In this document: piece by piece, positions 26,790-34,368 of the stretch | Layout of the letters: every line of letters starts with the position of its first letter | Numbering within the stretch: position 1 is the first letter of the stretch | Virus record (IMG/VR): IMGVR_UViG_2667527450_000001 | Span: 9,397-73,396 of that record | DNA from: a virus | Taxonomy: Duplodnaviria > Caudoviricetes | Length of the DNA: 64,000 bases | Strand: one strand, 5' to 3' | Translations under genes and position numbers: made by a program | The notes under the pieces: generated by a model | Databases searched by the model: none | Told to the model about the DNA's origin: nothing | What the model saw: only the letters and a program-made list of their open reading frames with translations

Positions 26790-27473
26790 GTGGACGACAC
26801 GAAAAGCCGATGGGTCTACCTCGTCGGGTCGACTCTGACCAGGCCGGTGAAGATCGGCGTCGCTACGAACGTCAAGGCGCGCCTTGACGAGCTTCGGGTC
26901 GGCTCCCCGCTCCCGCTACACCTGATCTGGAAGGCGCGTGGCGGCCGGGCCCTAGAGAGGACCCTGCATGAGTACTTCTCCCCGTACCGCATCCACGGCG
27001 AGTGGTTCGACTTCGGAGACGAGAACCCCGCAGCGCTCGTCGCCACGGCAGCCGTGCTCATGGGCAGCCCTTCGCATCCCCAGCGCGTAGCGGCAGAGAG
27101 CCGTCTGCGAATCGTCCAAACCTCCCTGACGGCCGACGCGTCGAACGTGATCGGGCACCTGATCAACGCGGCGTCCGAAACCGGGCGAAGCTCGGTGACC
27201 AACGCCGAAGCGTTCGCCTACCTCGCCTCGGTCGACCCGGAGTTCGCTCGCTCCGATGGAGAGGGCGACGAGCAGTACCGATCGCGCGTCGGGAAGCGCC
27301 TCGCTGCCGCCCTGCGTGCAGAAGGCATAGCCGTGCGGCTCACGAAGGTCACGACGGCCGATGGCACGCGAAGCAACGGCTACCGGCTCGAAGCCCTTAG
27401 GGCAGCACTATCTGCTCGGTTCGAGCGTCGCCAACCCGTGCGCGCCACCTGGCCGCCGGCTAACCCCTACTGA
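26790..27473 (+). CDS. T5orf172/GIY-YIG-like domain fused to a TraB-type winged helix
   Basis: WVYLVG..VKIGVA..RL..LER.LH..IHGEWF; C-terminal LAAALRAEG..SNGYRLEALRAAL. Confidence 0.75.
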   Translation: MDDTKSRWVYLVGSTLTRPVKIGVATNVKARLDELRVGSPLPLHLIWKARGGRALERTLHEYFSPYRIHGEWFDFGDENPAALVATAAVLMGSPSHPQRVAAESRLRIVQTSLTADASNVIGHLINAASETGRSSVTNAEAFAYLASVDPEFARSDGEGDEQYRSRVGKRLAAALRAEGIAVRLTKVTTADGTRSNGYRLEALRAALSARFERRQPVRATWPPANPY

Positions 27474-27583
27474 CCTGTTCGGAAAACACCGGCCTCCGCC
27501 ATGGCCGCCACCCCCACGGCGATGGCGAGTAGCTCAGCCGGGGCGCCTCAACCCACCCACCCAACACCCGAGGAGATCACAGC

Positions 27584-27772
27584 ATGTTCACCGGCACCCC
27601 AAAGGAGCTGCGCAAGCTCCAGGACCAAGCCCGCAAGCTCGCCCTCCAGACCGCCGACCTCCTGAACCAACTTGACGCCCTGGGCCTCGGCTCTGGCTCA
27701 GGCCAGCTACACACCCCCGGCGGGATCATCCGCAACCGGCTCGGTCAGGGCTGGATCGTCACCGATCGCTGA
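27584..27772 (+). CDS. small hypothetical protein
   Basis: GAGGAG RBS. Confidence 0.6.
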   Translation: MFTGTPKELRKLQDQARKLALQTADLLNQLDALGLGSGSGQLHTPGGIIRNRLGQGWIVTDR

Positions 27773-27852
27773 CCGTGGCGGGGCGGCCGTCCACTGCCAG
27801 GCGCACAGCCGCCCCGCTGTCCACCACCCATCAGCAGCAGACAGGAATCAGC

Positions 27853-28431
27853 ATGCCCACTCTGACCGCCGCCGACCTCGACCAGGCCGCCGCGCGCATC
27901 GCCCCGACCTTGACCGAGCCCGAGCGGGCAGCGTGGGCCAGCATCGCCGCCGGCTACTCCCGCGGCCTTGTCGCCAAGAACACGCAGCAGCTCGTCGACG
28001 AGGCTCTCCGCTCCCTACCGGATCACGGAACCCGGCCCGCGGTCGACGTCCGCCTCCCCGGCCGCATTGCCCGCGCCCTGCCCGACTGGGCGCACCGCAC
28101 CCGCATCGACCTGTCCCACAAGCCCAGCACTCAACTTGCCGTCGCCGCCGAGGTGTTGCGGCGGTGGGGCTGGCAGCAGAAGCCGCACAAGCTCCGCGAC
28201 TGGCGCGGTCGGCGCTGCATCTGCGGCGCGATCTGCACCACGGTCGACGGCCTTGGCATTGGCTCGGTCGACTCCGCCCACCAGGCCGCCGGCTACGTCC
28301 TGCTCGAACTCAGGGCGCGCAACTGGAACGCGCTCGTGGGCGATTGGAACCAGCGCGTCTGCCGCACCGCCGAGCAGGCCATCGAACTCGTCACCGCCTC
28401 CCACCACCGAGCCCTCGCCGCAGGGCACTAA
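27853..28431 (+). CDS. DUF6197-like protein
   Basis: AAEVLRRWGWQQ..CICGAI..DWNQ..RTAEQAI. Confidence 0.65.
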   Translation: MPTLTAADLDQAAARIAPTLTEPERAAWASIAAGYSRGLVAKNTQQLVDEALRSLPDHGTRPAVDVRLPGRIARALPDWAHRTRIDLSHKPSTQLAVAAEVLRRWGWQQKPHKLRDWRGRRCICGAICTTVDGLGIGSVDSAHQAAGYVLLELRARNWNALVGDWNQRVCRTAEQAIELVTASHHRALAAGH

Positions 28432-28445
28432 CCCGAAGGGGACCC

Positions 28446-28985
28446 GTGAACATCACCATCGACCGCCGCTGCCGGAACGCCCGCCGCATCGAGGACCGCA
28501 TCCGCGAGATCGGCGACCAGGCCGGTCGCCTCGCCGCACACCACCTCGGCGGTCGTCTACCCCAGGTGGAGATAGTCCTGACCGACGGGAACGGCGTCAC
28601 CCGCCTCATTCAGGACGCCGACCTCGCCCTCGCGGGCAACACCTCATGGCGGCGTCGAGCGGTCGGCCGCGTGATTGACCGCTGGCACGGCCGACGTGCC
28701 TTCGCTGCCACAGCCCTCACAGCCCGCGGCGCTCTGGTCGCCATCAACGCCTCCCACAACAGCGACCTCCGCGAACTCGACCGCACCCTCATCCACGAGC
28801 TCGGCCACACCGTCCAGCTGTCGGCTCCCGGAGCCCGCAATCAGCACATTGCCTATCTCCGCCAGCAGTACGGCATCACCCCGCACAGCAAAGACGATCA
28901 GCGCGAATACGAGCGCCTCATCGACGTCCGCGAACAGCAGGCCGCCAACCTCGAAGCCCTCGCCCGACAACTCCCCAACCACTGA
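28446..28985 (+). CDS. zincin-like HExxH metallopeptidase-fold protein
   Basis: TLIHELGHTVQ with downstream EQQA. Confidence 0.65.
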   Translation: MNITIDRRCRNARRIEDRIREIGDQAGRLAAHHLGGRLPQVEIVLTDGNGVTRLIQDADLALAGNTSWRRRAVGRVIDRWHGRRAFAATALTARGALVAINASHNSDLRELDRTLIHELGHTVQLSAPGARNQHIAYLRQQYGITPHSKDDQREYERLIDVREQQAANLEALARQLPNH

Positions 28986-28996
28986 AAGGAACCGCC

Positions 28997-29557
28997 GTGA
29001 ACAACCCATGGAAGAAGGCCAGCACTGTCGCCGACCTCGGCCGACTCATGGCTGAGTGGCTGGAGGGACGAATTCCCACCTGGCCCGGATACATGGACAC
29101 CCGACCCGACGACGAAACCCGACACCTCATCCCCACCCTCGCCGCCGCATGCCGCGCCGGGTACGTCACCACCGGCTCGCAGCCCGGACTGCCGCCCGGC
29201 TGCGGTTACGACGGCCGCACCTGGCGGCAACGCGCCGCGGTCGAAGGGTGGATCGCCGACCCTCATCTCCTCAACCGCATCCGCGCCGGCGCCGAGCGTG
29301 CGGGCATCACGGTCATCGCTAACCGTCCGGGGCAGCGCAGCCACCCCGGCATGCCCGTCACGGAAGCCGGCGCTGAAGTCACTACCGACTTCGGCTGGTC
29401 ACCCGGGCACCGCCGGCTGATCGCCAGCATGTGGCGCGGCATCGGCCGGCCCGCAGAGCGTGAGCTTCGCGAGGCCACCCATCTCACCCTCGTCGACCCC
29501 GAATGGGGCCGCGACAACTGGCTCTGGCCCGCACTCGCCCACGCCACCAACCGCTGA
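28997..29557 (+). CDS. DUF6919-like protein
   Basis: MAEWLEG..DDET..GYVTTGSQPG..QRAAVEG..DPEWGR. Confidence 0.65.
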   Translation: MNNPWKKASTVADLGRLMAEWLEGRIPTWPGYMDTRPDDETRHLIPTLAAACRAGYVTTGSQPGLPPGCGYDGRTWRQRAAVEGWIADPHLLNRIRAGAERAGITVIANRPGQRSHPGMPVTEAGAEVTTDFGWSPGHRRLIASMWRGIGRPAERELREATHLTLVDPEWGRDNWLWPALAHATNR

Positions 29558-29570
29558 AGGGAACTCCCTC

Positions 29571-29819
29571 ATGTCCCGCTACTCCCAGGCCCGCCTCAAC
29601 AAGGAAGCCGCCGGCTTCGAAGCCGAAGCGAAGCGCGCCGCCGCGGCTGCCCGCGACGGCGACCGCGCCGCCAAGGACCCGAACCTCGACACCTACAACC
29701 AGGGCGTCGCCGCCCGCTGCGCCGCCATCGCCCGCAGCAACGCCCGCGAGTACCGCGAGATCGCTGCCGCCCTGCGCGACGGCGAGATCCCCGAAGGCGT
29801 CCGGCTCGACCTCGACTAA
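29571..29819 (+). CDS. small helical protein
   Basis: AAGGGA RBS. Confidence 0.6.
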   Translation: MSRYSQARLNKEAAGFEAEAKRAAAAARDGDRAAKDPNLDTYNQGVAARCAAIARSNAREYREIAAALRDGEIPEGVRLDLD

Positions 29820-29852
29820 CCCACCCCGCCCCAGCAGAAAGGACCACACGCC

Positions 29853-30164
29853 ATGACCACCGACCTTCACGGCAAGCCCCAGGCAGCGACCTTCCTCTCC
29901 TTGTACGCCGACGACGTCGCCTTCGTCACCGAAGAGGCCCCGGCCACCACGCTGCAGGACTTCATCAACCAGCTCTCCACGGCAAGCAGCCGCCTGGACA
30001 GCGTGGGCATCAACGGCGCCGAGGAGCTCGACACCGCGGCGATCTACCTTTCCGACGCCGCCCACAACGCCTCTGGCACCGACCAGATCGCCCTCTTCAA
30101 CCAGGCCGACGAGCACTTGCGCGACGTCACAGACATGGTCGACGAGTACCGCCTCATGGTCTGA
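29853..30164 (+). CDS. acidic helical hypothetical protein
   Basis: AAAGGA RBS. Confidence 0.65.
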   Translation: MTTDLHGKPQAATFLSLYADDVAFVTEEAPATTLQDFINQLSTASSRLDSVGINGAEELDTAAIYLSDAAHNASGTDQIALFNQADEHLRDVTDMVDEYRLMV

Positions 30165-30246
30165 CCACCCCTCCCGGTGAGGCCCGGACCGAGCCGACAG
30201 GCCGGGCCCACCGTCAATCCACCACCACACCGAAGGGAGCCCCACT

Positions 30247-30549
30247 ATGGGCTGGACCATCTCGCATGGCGTCCAGAACACCCGCTCCGCCACGACGATC
30301 CACAACCTTGCCCAACACCTCGCCCACGTCCTGTCGGCATCCGACTGGCGCGCCATTGAGCCGGTCTTCGGCTACCGCTCCGGTGACCCGTTCCAGGTCC
30401 CGCACGCCGACGCCCGACGGCTCGCCGCCGTCCTGCGACGAGCCGCCAACCACCGCAAAATGCCCGCCGACTGGGGTGCGCTCGCCCGCGAACTCGCAGA
30501 CTCCGCAGAGCGCGCTGCCTCAGCGCGGCAGCCCTGGAAGTGGCGTTAG
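30247..30549 (+). CDS. hypothetical protein
   Basis: AAGGGAG RBS; MGWTISHG..PWKWR. Confidence 0.7.
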   Translation: MGWTISHGVQNTRSATTIHNLAQHLAHVLSASDWRAIEPVFGYRSGDPFQVPHADARRLAAVLRRAANHRKMPADWGALARELADSAERAASARQPWKWR

Positions 30550-30655
30550 AGGAACTGGGCGAGTGATGCGCACCGACGGATCACACGTCTGACTGGAATT
30601 TCGCGACCAAGCGAACACCCGCATAGCTCACCGCGCCCCTGGAAAGGGACCGCTC

Positions 30656-31036
30656 ATGCCCATCGGACCCGGCTTCGACGACCCCGAGTACGACAACTAC
30701 GACCCCGCGTGGCGACACCAGGACACCCCGTTCCGACGGTGGCTCCACGAGCGTCTCACCGCAGCTGGCAGCGATTGCTCGGCCGACATCGCCGCAAGCT
30801 ACGCCCCTGCCAACCGCTACCACGGCCTGAACGCCATCGACCTGGACGACCTCGCCACCCTCACCGACACCACCGGCGCCGCCGTGCAAGCCGCTCACAA
30901 AGCCGACCTCGACGAGTGGGCGCGCGAGCAGCAGCTACGCGATCACCCTGACCTGGCCGTCCTCGACGCCGACCTGGACCGCATCCGACACCGCTCCGGA
31001 GCTCGCCATCCGGCCTCTCGGCGGTGGCGTGAATGA
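30656..31036 (+). CDS. hypothetical protein
   Basis: AAAGGGA RBS. Confidence 0.6.
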   Translation: MPIGPGFDDPEYDNYDPAWRHQDTPFRRWLHERLTAAGSDCSADIAASYAPANRYHGLNAIDLDDLATLTDTTGAAVQAAHKADLDEWAREQQLRDHPDLAVLDADLDRIRHRSGARHPASRRWRE

Positions 31037-31181
31037 CGGCCACATCCTGATGCTGCCGAGGGTCCATGTAGCCGGCGCCGGCAATCGGCATGGGCGCCCG
31101 GTGTTTTAATGAGGCGAGAAGGGGAGGGGTCAGCACTGGATGGTCCCTCCCCCCTCTTCGGGCATCAAGGGAGGACTCCAG

Positions 31182-31370
31182 ATGGGCTTCCTGTACATCG
31201 CCGTCTTCGCCGGGTTCCTCTATCTTGCGCCCGCGATCCTCCTATGCAAGAAAGTGGCCAAGAAGACCACTGCGAAGATGGGCTGGGCCTTTGCCTTCGG
31301 ACTGATAGGTCTCCCCATCGCCTTGCTGGTCATCGGCGGGGTGATCGAAGCTCAAGGGGCCGCTGGGTGA
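31182..31370 (+). CDS. small two-TM membrane protein (moron-like)
   Basis: GGAGG RBS; two hydrophobic helices with a Lys-rich loop. Confidence 0.65.
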   Translation: MGFLYIAVFAGFLYLAPAILLCKKVAKKTTAKMGWAFAFGLIGLPIALLVIGGVIEAQGAAG

Positions 31371-31425
31371 GCGGCATCGACGTCGGAGTGCATGCTCGCT
31401 CCGACCGTGCATTCCCCAGAGGCGA

Positions 31426-31608
31426 TCAGGCTGGCCGGCGCTCTCGCCGAACTTCAGGGCGTGCCGCCGCGCGGGCCAGCCACCGCCCCCGCCCCAGAAC
31501 GATCGAGGGCCGTCCGAGCGGCGTCAGGTCCAGCGCGTGGCACAGGCGCTGGAGCTCAGCTGCCGCCGTGGATTCCGAGTCGGCGAGCACCGTATAGACC
31601 GTCGACAT
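31426..31608 (-). CDS. small hypothetical protein
   Basis: Plausible 60-aa ORF. Confidence 0.45.
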   Translation of the reverse strand: MSTVYTVLADSESTAAAELQRLCHALDLTPLGRPSIVLGRGRWLARAAARPEVRRERRPA

Positions 31609-31754
31609 ATCGGCATTCTGCCGTCACCACAGCGCAGTTGGCGGAGAAACACGTCGGATTCACCCCGGCGGTGGGGCCCCGGGATTGTCGGGCACCCGCT
31701 GCACAATGGCGACAGCCCACCTCATAGCCCTGGCACCGCAGCGAGGAGCCCGCC

Positions 31755-32408
31755 ATGAACGACGACGCCAACGACAGCTACACGTGGCCCGCGTGCAGCG
31801 CCTGCGGTAGGCCGCTGTGGGAAAACGAACTCGGCCGTCGAGCCTGCCGAATGTGCCAGCGCCGGACGGACGAGCAGCTCGAAGCTCTCGCTGGCCCCCG
31901 AGGGCTCTACGCATCACTCGCGCTCGCCCTCAAGCCGGGGGCTGGCAGCGGAGGCTCCCGTGTTTCTGGCGGGACCCGAACCGCGCCGCTGCCGCTTCGC
32001 CTCGGACCGCTCAGCCTGTCCGCCCGCGGGGGAGTCGTCACCGTCCTGCAAACGTGGCTCGTCGACTGGCACGAGCAACTCGGCTGGACGCACCCCCGAT
32101 GGAAAGGTGGCCTGCAACAGCAACTTGACCAGGTCGTGCGCGCCCTTCGGAACAACCTCGAATGGGCAGCCACCGAGCACCCGGCATTCGGCGAATTCAC
32201 CACCGAAGTCGCGGCACTCACCCGAGCCTGCCGTCGACAGACAACCGGCGAGAAACCTGAGCGGCGCGTCACCGTCGCATGCCCGTGCGGCGGAACCATG
32301 AGCATCACCATCTCCACGCCCGGCACCCGGTGCATCACCTGCGGTACTCAGTACACCCGGTCCGAAGTCCTTGAACTGCCCCTCGTCAGCCGCGACATAG
32401 CTGCTTAG
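31755..32408 (+). CDS. double Zn-finger protein, candidate late-gene regulator
   Basis: CSAC..CRMC and CPC..CITC; last gene before the late promoter. Confidence 0.7.
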   Translation: MNDDANDSYTWPACSACGRPLWENELGRRACRMCQRRTDEQLEALAGPRGLYASLALALKPGAGSGGSRVSGGTRTAPLPLRLGPLSLSARGGVVTVLQTWLVDWHEQLGWTHPRWKGGLQQQLDQVVRALRNNLEWAATEHPAFGEFTTEVAALTRACRRQTTGEKPERRVTVACPCGGTMSITISTPGTRCITCGTQYTRSEVLELPLVSRDIAA

Positions 32409-32416
32409 AACGGCAC

Positions 32417-32445
32417 TTGCGTAGTCGGTAGTTGAATGTCACACT
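32417..32445 (+). promoter_or_regulatory. candidate late promoter
   Basis: TTGCGT-N17-CACACT with extended -10 TG. Confidence 0.55.
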
Positions 32446-32481
32446 GCCTCCAACGAAGCACTCGTGTGCCCGAAAAACCTG

Positions 32482-32508
32482 AAGCCTCCGATTCGTCGGG
32501 GGCTTTTT
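32482..32508 (+). terminator. intrinsic terminator just downstream of the late promoter
   Basis: AAGCCTCCGA-TTCG-TCGGGGGCTT followed by TTT. Confidence 0.8.
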
Positions 32509-32531
32509 GCGTGCTCGAACTGGAGGTGCCC

Positions 32532-32774
32532 GTGCGTCTCGCCGAGATCCTGCCGGCAGACCTGGTGTTTGCTCACGAGGCCACCGCGGCAACCGGAGTC
32601 CCGCAGCAGGTGATCCGCCAGTGGGCGGCACGCGGGAAGATCCGCCGTTTCTCCGGCGAGCACCGCCTCACCGGCAACGGCCACGAATACAAGACCATGT
32701 ACGCACTCCCAGAAGTGCAGGAGCGGGCCCGCTCCTATCGAGCCACGCCCCAGCGCGGCCTCCGCGCCGCCTGA
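32532..32774 (+). CDS. MerR-like HTH protein
   Basis: EATAATGVPQQVIRQWAARGKI..YALPEV. Confidence 0.7.
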   Translation: MRLAEILPADLVFAHEATAATGVPQQVIRQWAARGKIRRFSGEHRLTGNGHEYKTMYALPEVQERARSYRATPQRGLRAA

Positions 32775-32984
32775 CTCCTCGCGGGTGGTCGAGCCTTGTG
32801 GCGGCAGCTCCCGCCCGCGAGGAACAACGCCTGCCGCATGGCAGGCACGGGGCCTTGAAGCGCTATCCCCCAGCGCTCGGCACCCCGGTCCGCCCGGTCG
32901 ACTCGACACGACCGGGCGGACCCCGAAACCCCCGCTGCCCGAGGGACCGCGGCCGGGCAGCGGGCCATACACAGCAAGGTGACC

Positions 32985-33200
32985 ATGACCGTCTCAGACC
33001 CCGCCCGCGCGTGGCATCACGTCGACGCCCCGTTCACCCCGCCACGCGAATGGGAGCCGATTCCCGGCACATGCTCCCGCTGCGGCCAGCCCGCATGGCT
33101 CGGCGAACGCCGCTGGTGGCACCAAGGACCCGCCTGCCCCTCACGCGGACAGGCCGCCGACTTCATCCCCAGCTGGACCCGTCAAGGAGAAACACCGTGA
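32985..33200 (+). CDS. small Cys-containing protein
   Basis: CSRCG..WWH..C; overlaps next start. Confidence 0.55.
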   Translation: MTVSDPARAWHHVDAPFTPPREWEPIPGTCSRCGQPAWLGERRWWHQGPACPSRGQAADFIPSWTRQGETP

Positions 33201-33475
33201 ACGCTCTCGTCGACCGCCTACACACATTCTTCGGCCGCTTCACCTCCGCCACCCACAAGGACGTCGAGGGCCTGGTCGCGGCCATCGAGCAGCACCTCGC
33301 ACCGATGATCCGCAGCGCCGTCCACGACGCGCTCACCACGGCCGAGACGGACGGCAAGAGCCTCCTAGACCAGCTCAAGGCCGACGAGACCAAGCTCGCC
33401 ACCGCGGTCGCCGCCGAGGTCGCCAAGATCCTCGGTCACACCCCGGAGCCGCCCGCGCCCGGAGGAACCGCGTGA
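33197..33475 (+). CDS. hypothetical helical protein
   Basis: AAGGAG RBS and GTG. Confidence 0.65.
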   Translation: MNALVDRLHTFFGRFTSATHKDVEGLVAAIEQHLAPMIRSAVHDALTTAETDGKSLLDQLKADETKLATAVAAEVAKILGHTPEPPAPGGTA

Positions 33476-33885
33476 CCGAAGCACCGGCTCCGGAAGCTGC
33501 TCCGGACACCGTCCAACCGGCCGGGCCTACCTGCAACGCCTGCGGCGGCCGAGCCGCCGTGCAGTGGCAGCGGCGACTGACCGACACCGAATTCGCCGCC
33601 CACCTGGCACTGGAGCAGCAGCGGCGAGACGAACGCCTCCGCCTCGCCGACCCGCAGCAGCCGGTCGCCGACTTCGGACCACTGCCCACCCCCGCCGACT
33701 GCGTCACCCCCGTCTTCGGCTGCGCCACGCACGCCATCACGGCGGACGCTGCAGCCCTCGTCCACCAGAAGACGTGCAGCGCCCCCGACCCGGCCCGGCT
33801 GCCCGGCTGCAACTGCACGCCAGAGCCCGCGCCACAGCCCACCCCCGACCCCGAGCCAGCACCGCTGCCGCCCGGCTGGAGCTAG
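33472..33885 (+). CDS. Cys/His-rich hypothetical protein
   Basis: CNACG..AVQWQRR..CATHAI..H..C..CNC. Confidence 0.65.
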   Translation: MTEAPAPEAAPDTVQPAGPTCNACGGRAAVQWQRRLTDTEFAAHLALEQQRRDERLRLADPQQPVADFGPLPTPADCVTPVFGCATHAITADAAALVHQKTCSAPDPARLPGCNCTPEPAPQPTPDPEPAPLPPGWS

Positions 33886-33897
33886 TGAGGGGGCCTG

Positions 33898-34368
33898 ATG
33901 GTCGCGTCGAAGGCACAGCAGGCCGCTACGGCGGAGCGCCGAGCGAAGGCCATACGTATGAAGATCGAGGGCGCCACGTACACGCAGATCGCGGACGCCC
34001 TCGGGTACGCCTCCCGCAGCGCCGCCCACATGGACGTCAAACGGTCCCTTGAGCGGCACGTCGTCGAGGAGGGCCTCGCCATCGAGGCATGGCGGGAGCT
34101 CGAACTCGCCCGGCTCGATACTCTCCAGCAGGCCATCTGGGACAAGGCCATGAGCGGAGATCCTCGCGTTATCGAAGCCGCGCTGAAGATCCTCGATCGG
34201 CGGGCCAAGCTCCTCGGGCTGGACAGCGCTATCAAGCTGGAGGTGCTGACGGTTGATGCCCTCGACGCCCAAATCCAGCGCCTCGAAGCCGAACTCAACG
34301 CTGCCGCAATCGCCGCTGTTGACAGCGAAGCTGGAGAAGCTCCGCCGCCTCCGGGAACTACAAGCTGA
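33898..34368 (+). CDS. terminase small subunit
   Basis: HTH GATYTQIADALGY; ILDRRAKLLGLD; precedes large subunit. Confidence 0.8.
   Translation: MVASKAQQAATAERRAKAIRMKIEGATYTQIADALGYASRSAAHMDVKRSLERHVVEEGLAIEAWRELELARLDTLQQAIWDKAMSGDPRVIEAALKILDRRAKLLGLDSAIKLEVLTVDALDAQIQRLEAELNAAAIAAVDSEAGEAPPPPGTTS

Larger units (their letters stand above)
17084..31036. mobile_element. AICE/pSAM2-like transfer module embedded in the prophage (no own rep or int seen)
   Basis: KorSA-like GntR, Xis-like HTH, Spd-like protein, TraB ATPase, clt-like repeats, small-gene arrays; ends approximate. Confidence 0.7.

Noticed and set aside
34256-34368. Long overlap of terminase small and large subunits as a frameshift signal
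   Set aside because: Large subunit has its own GGAGG and ATG; such overlaps are common in phages
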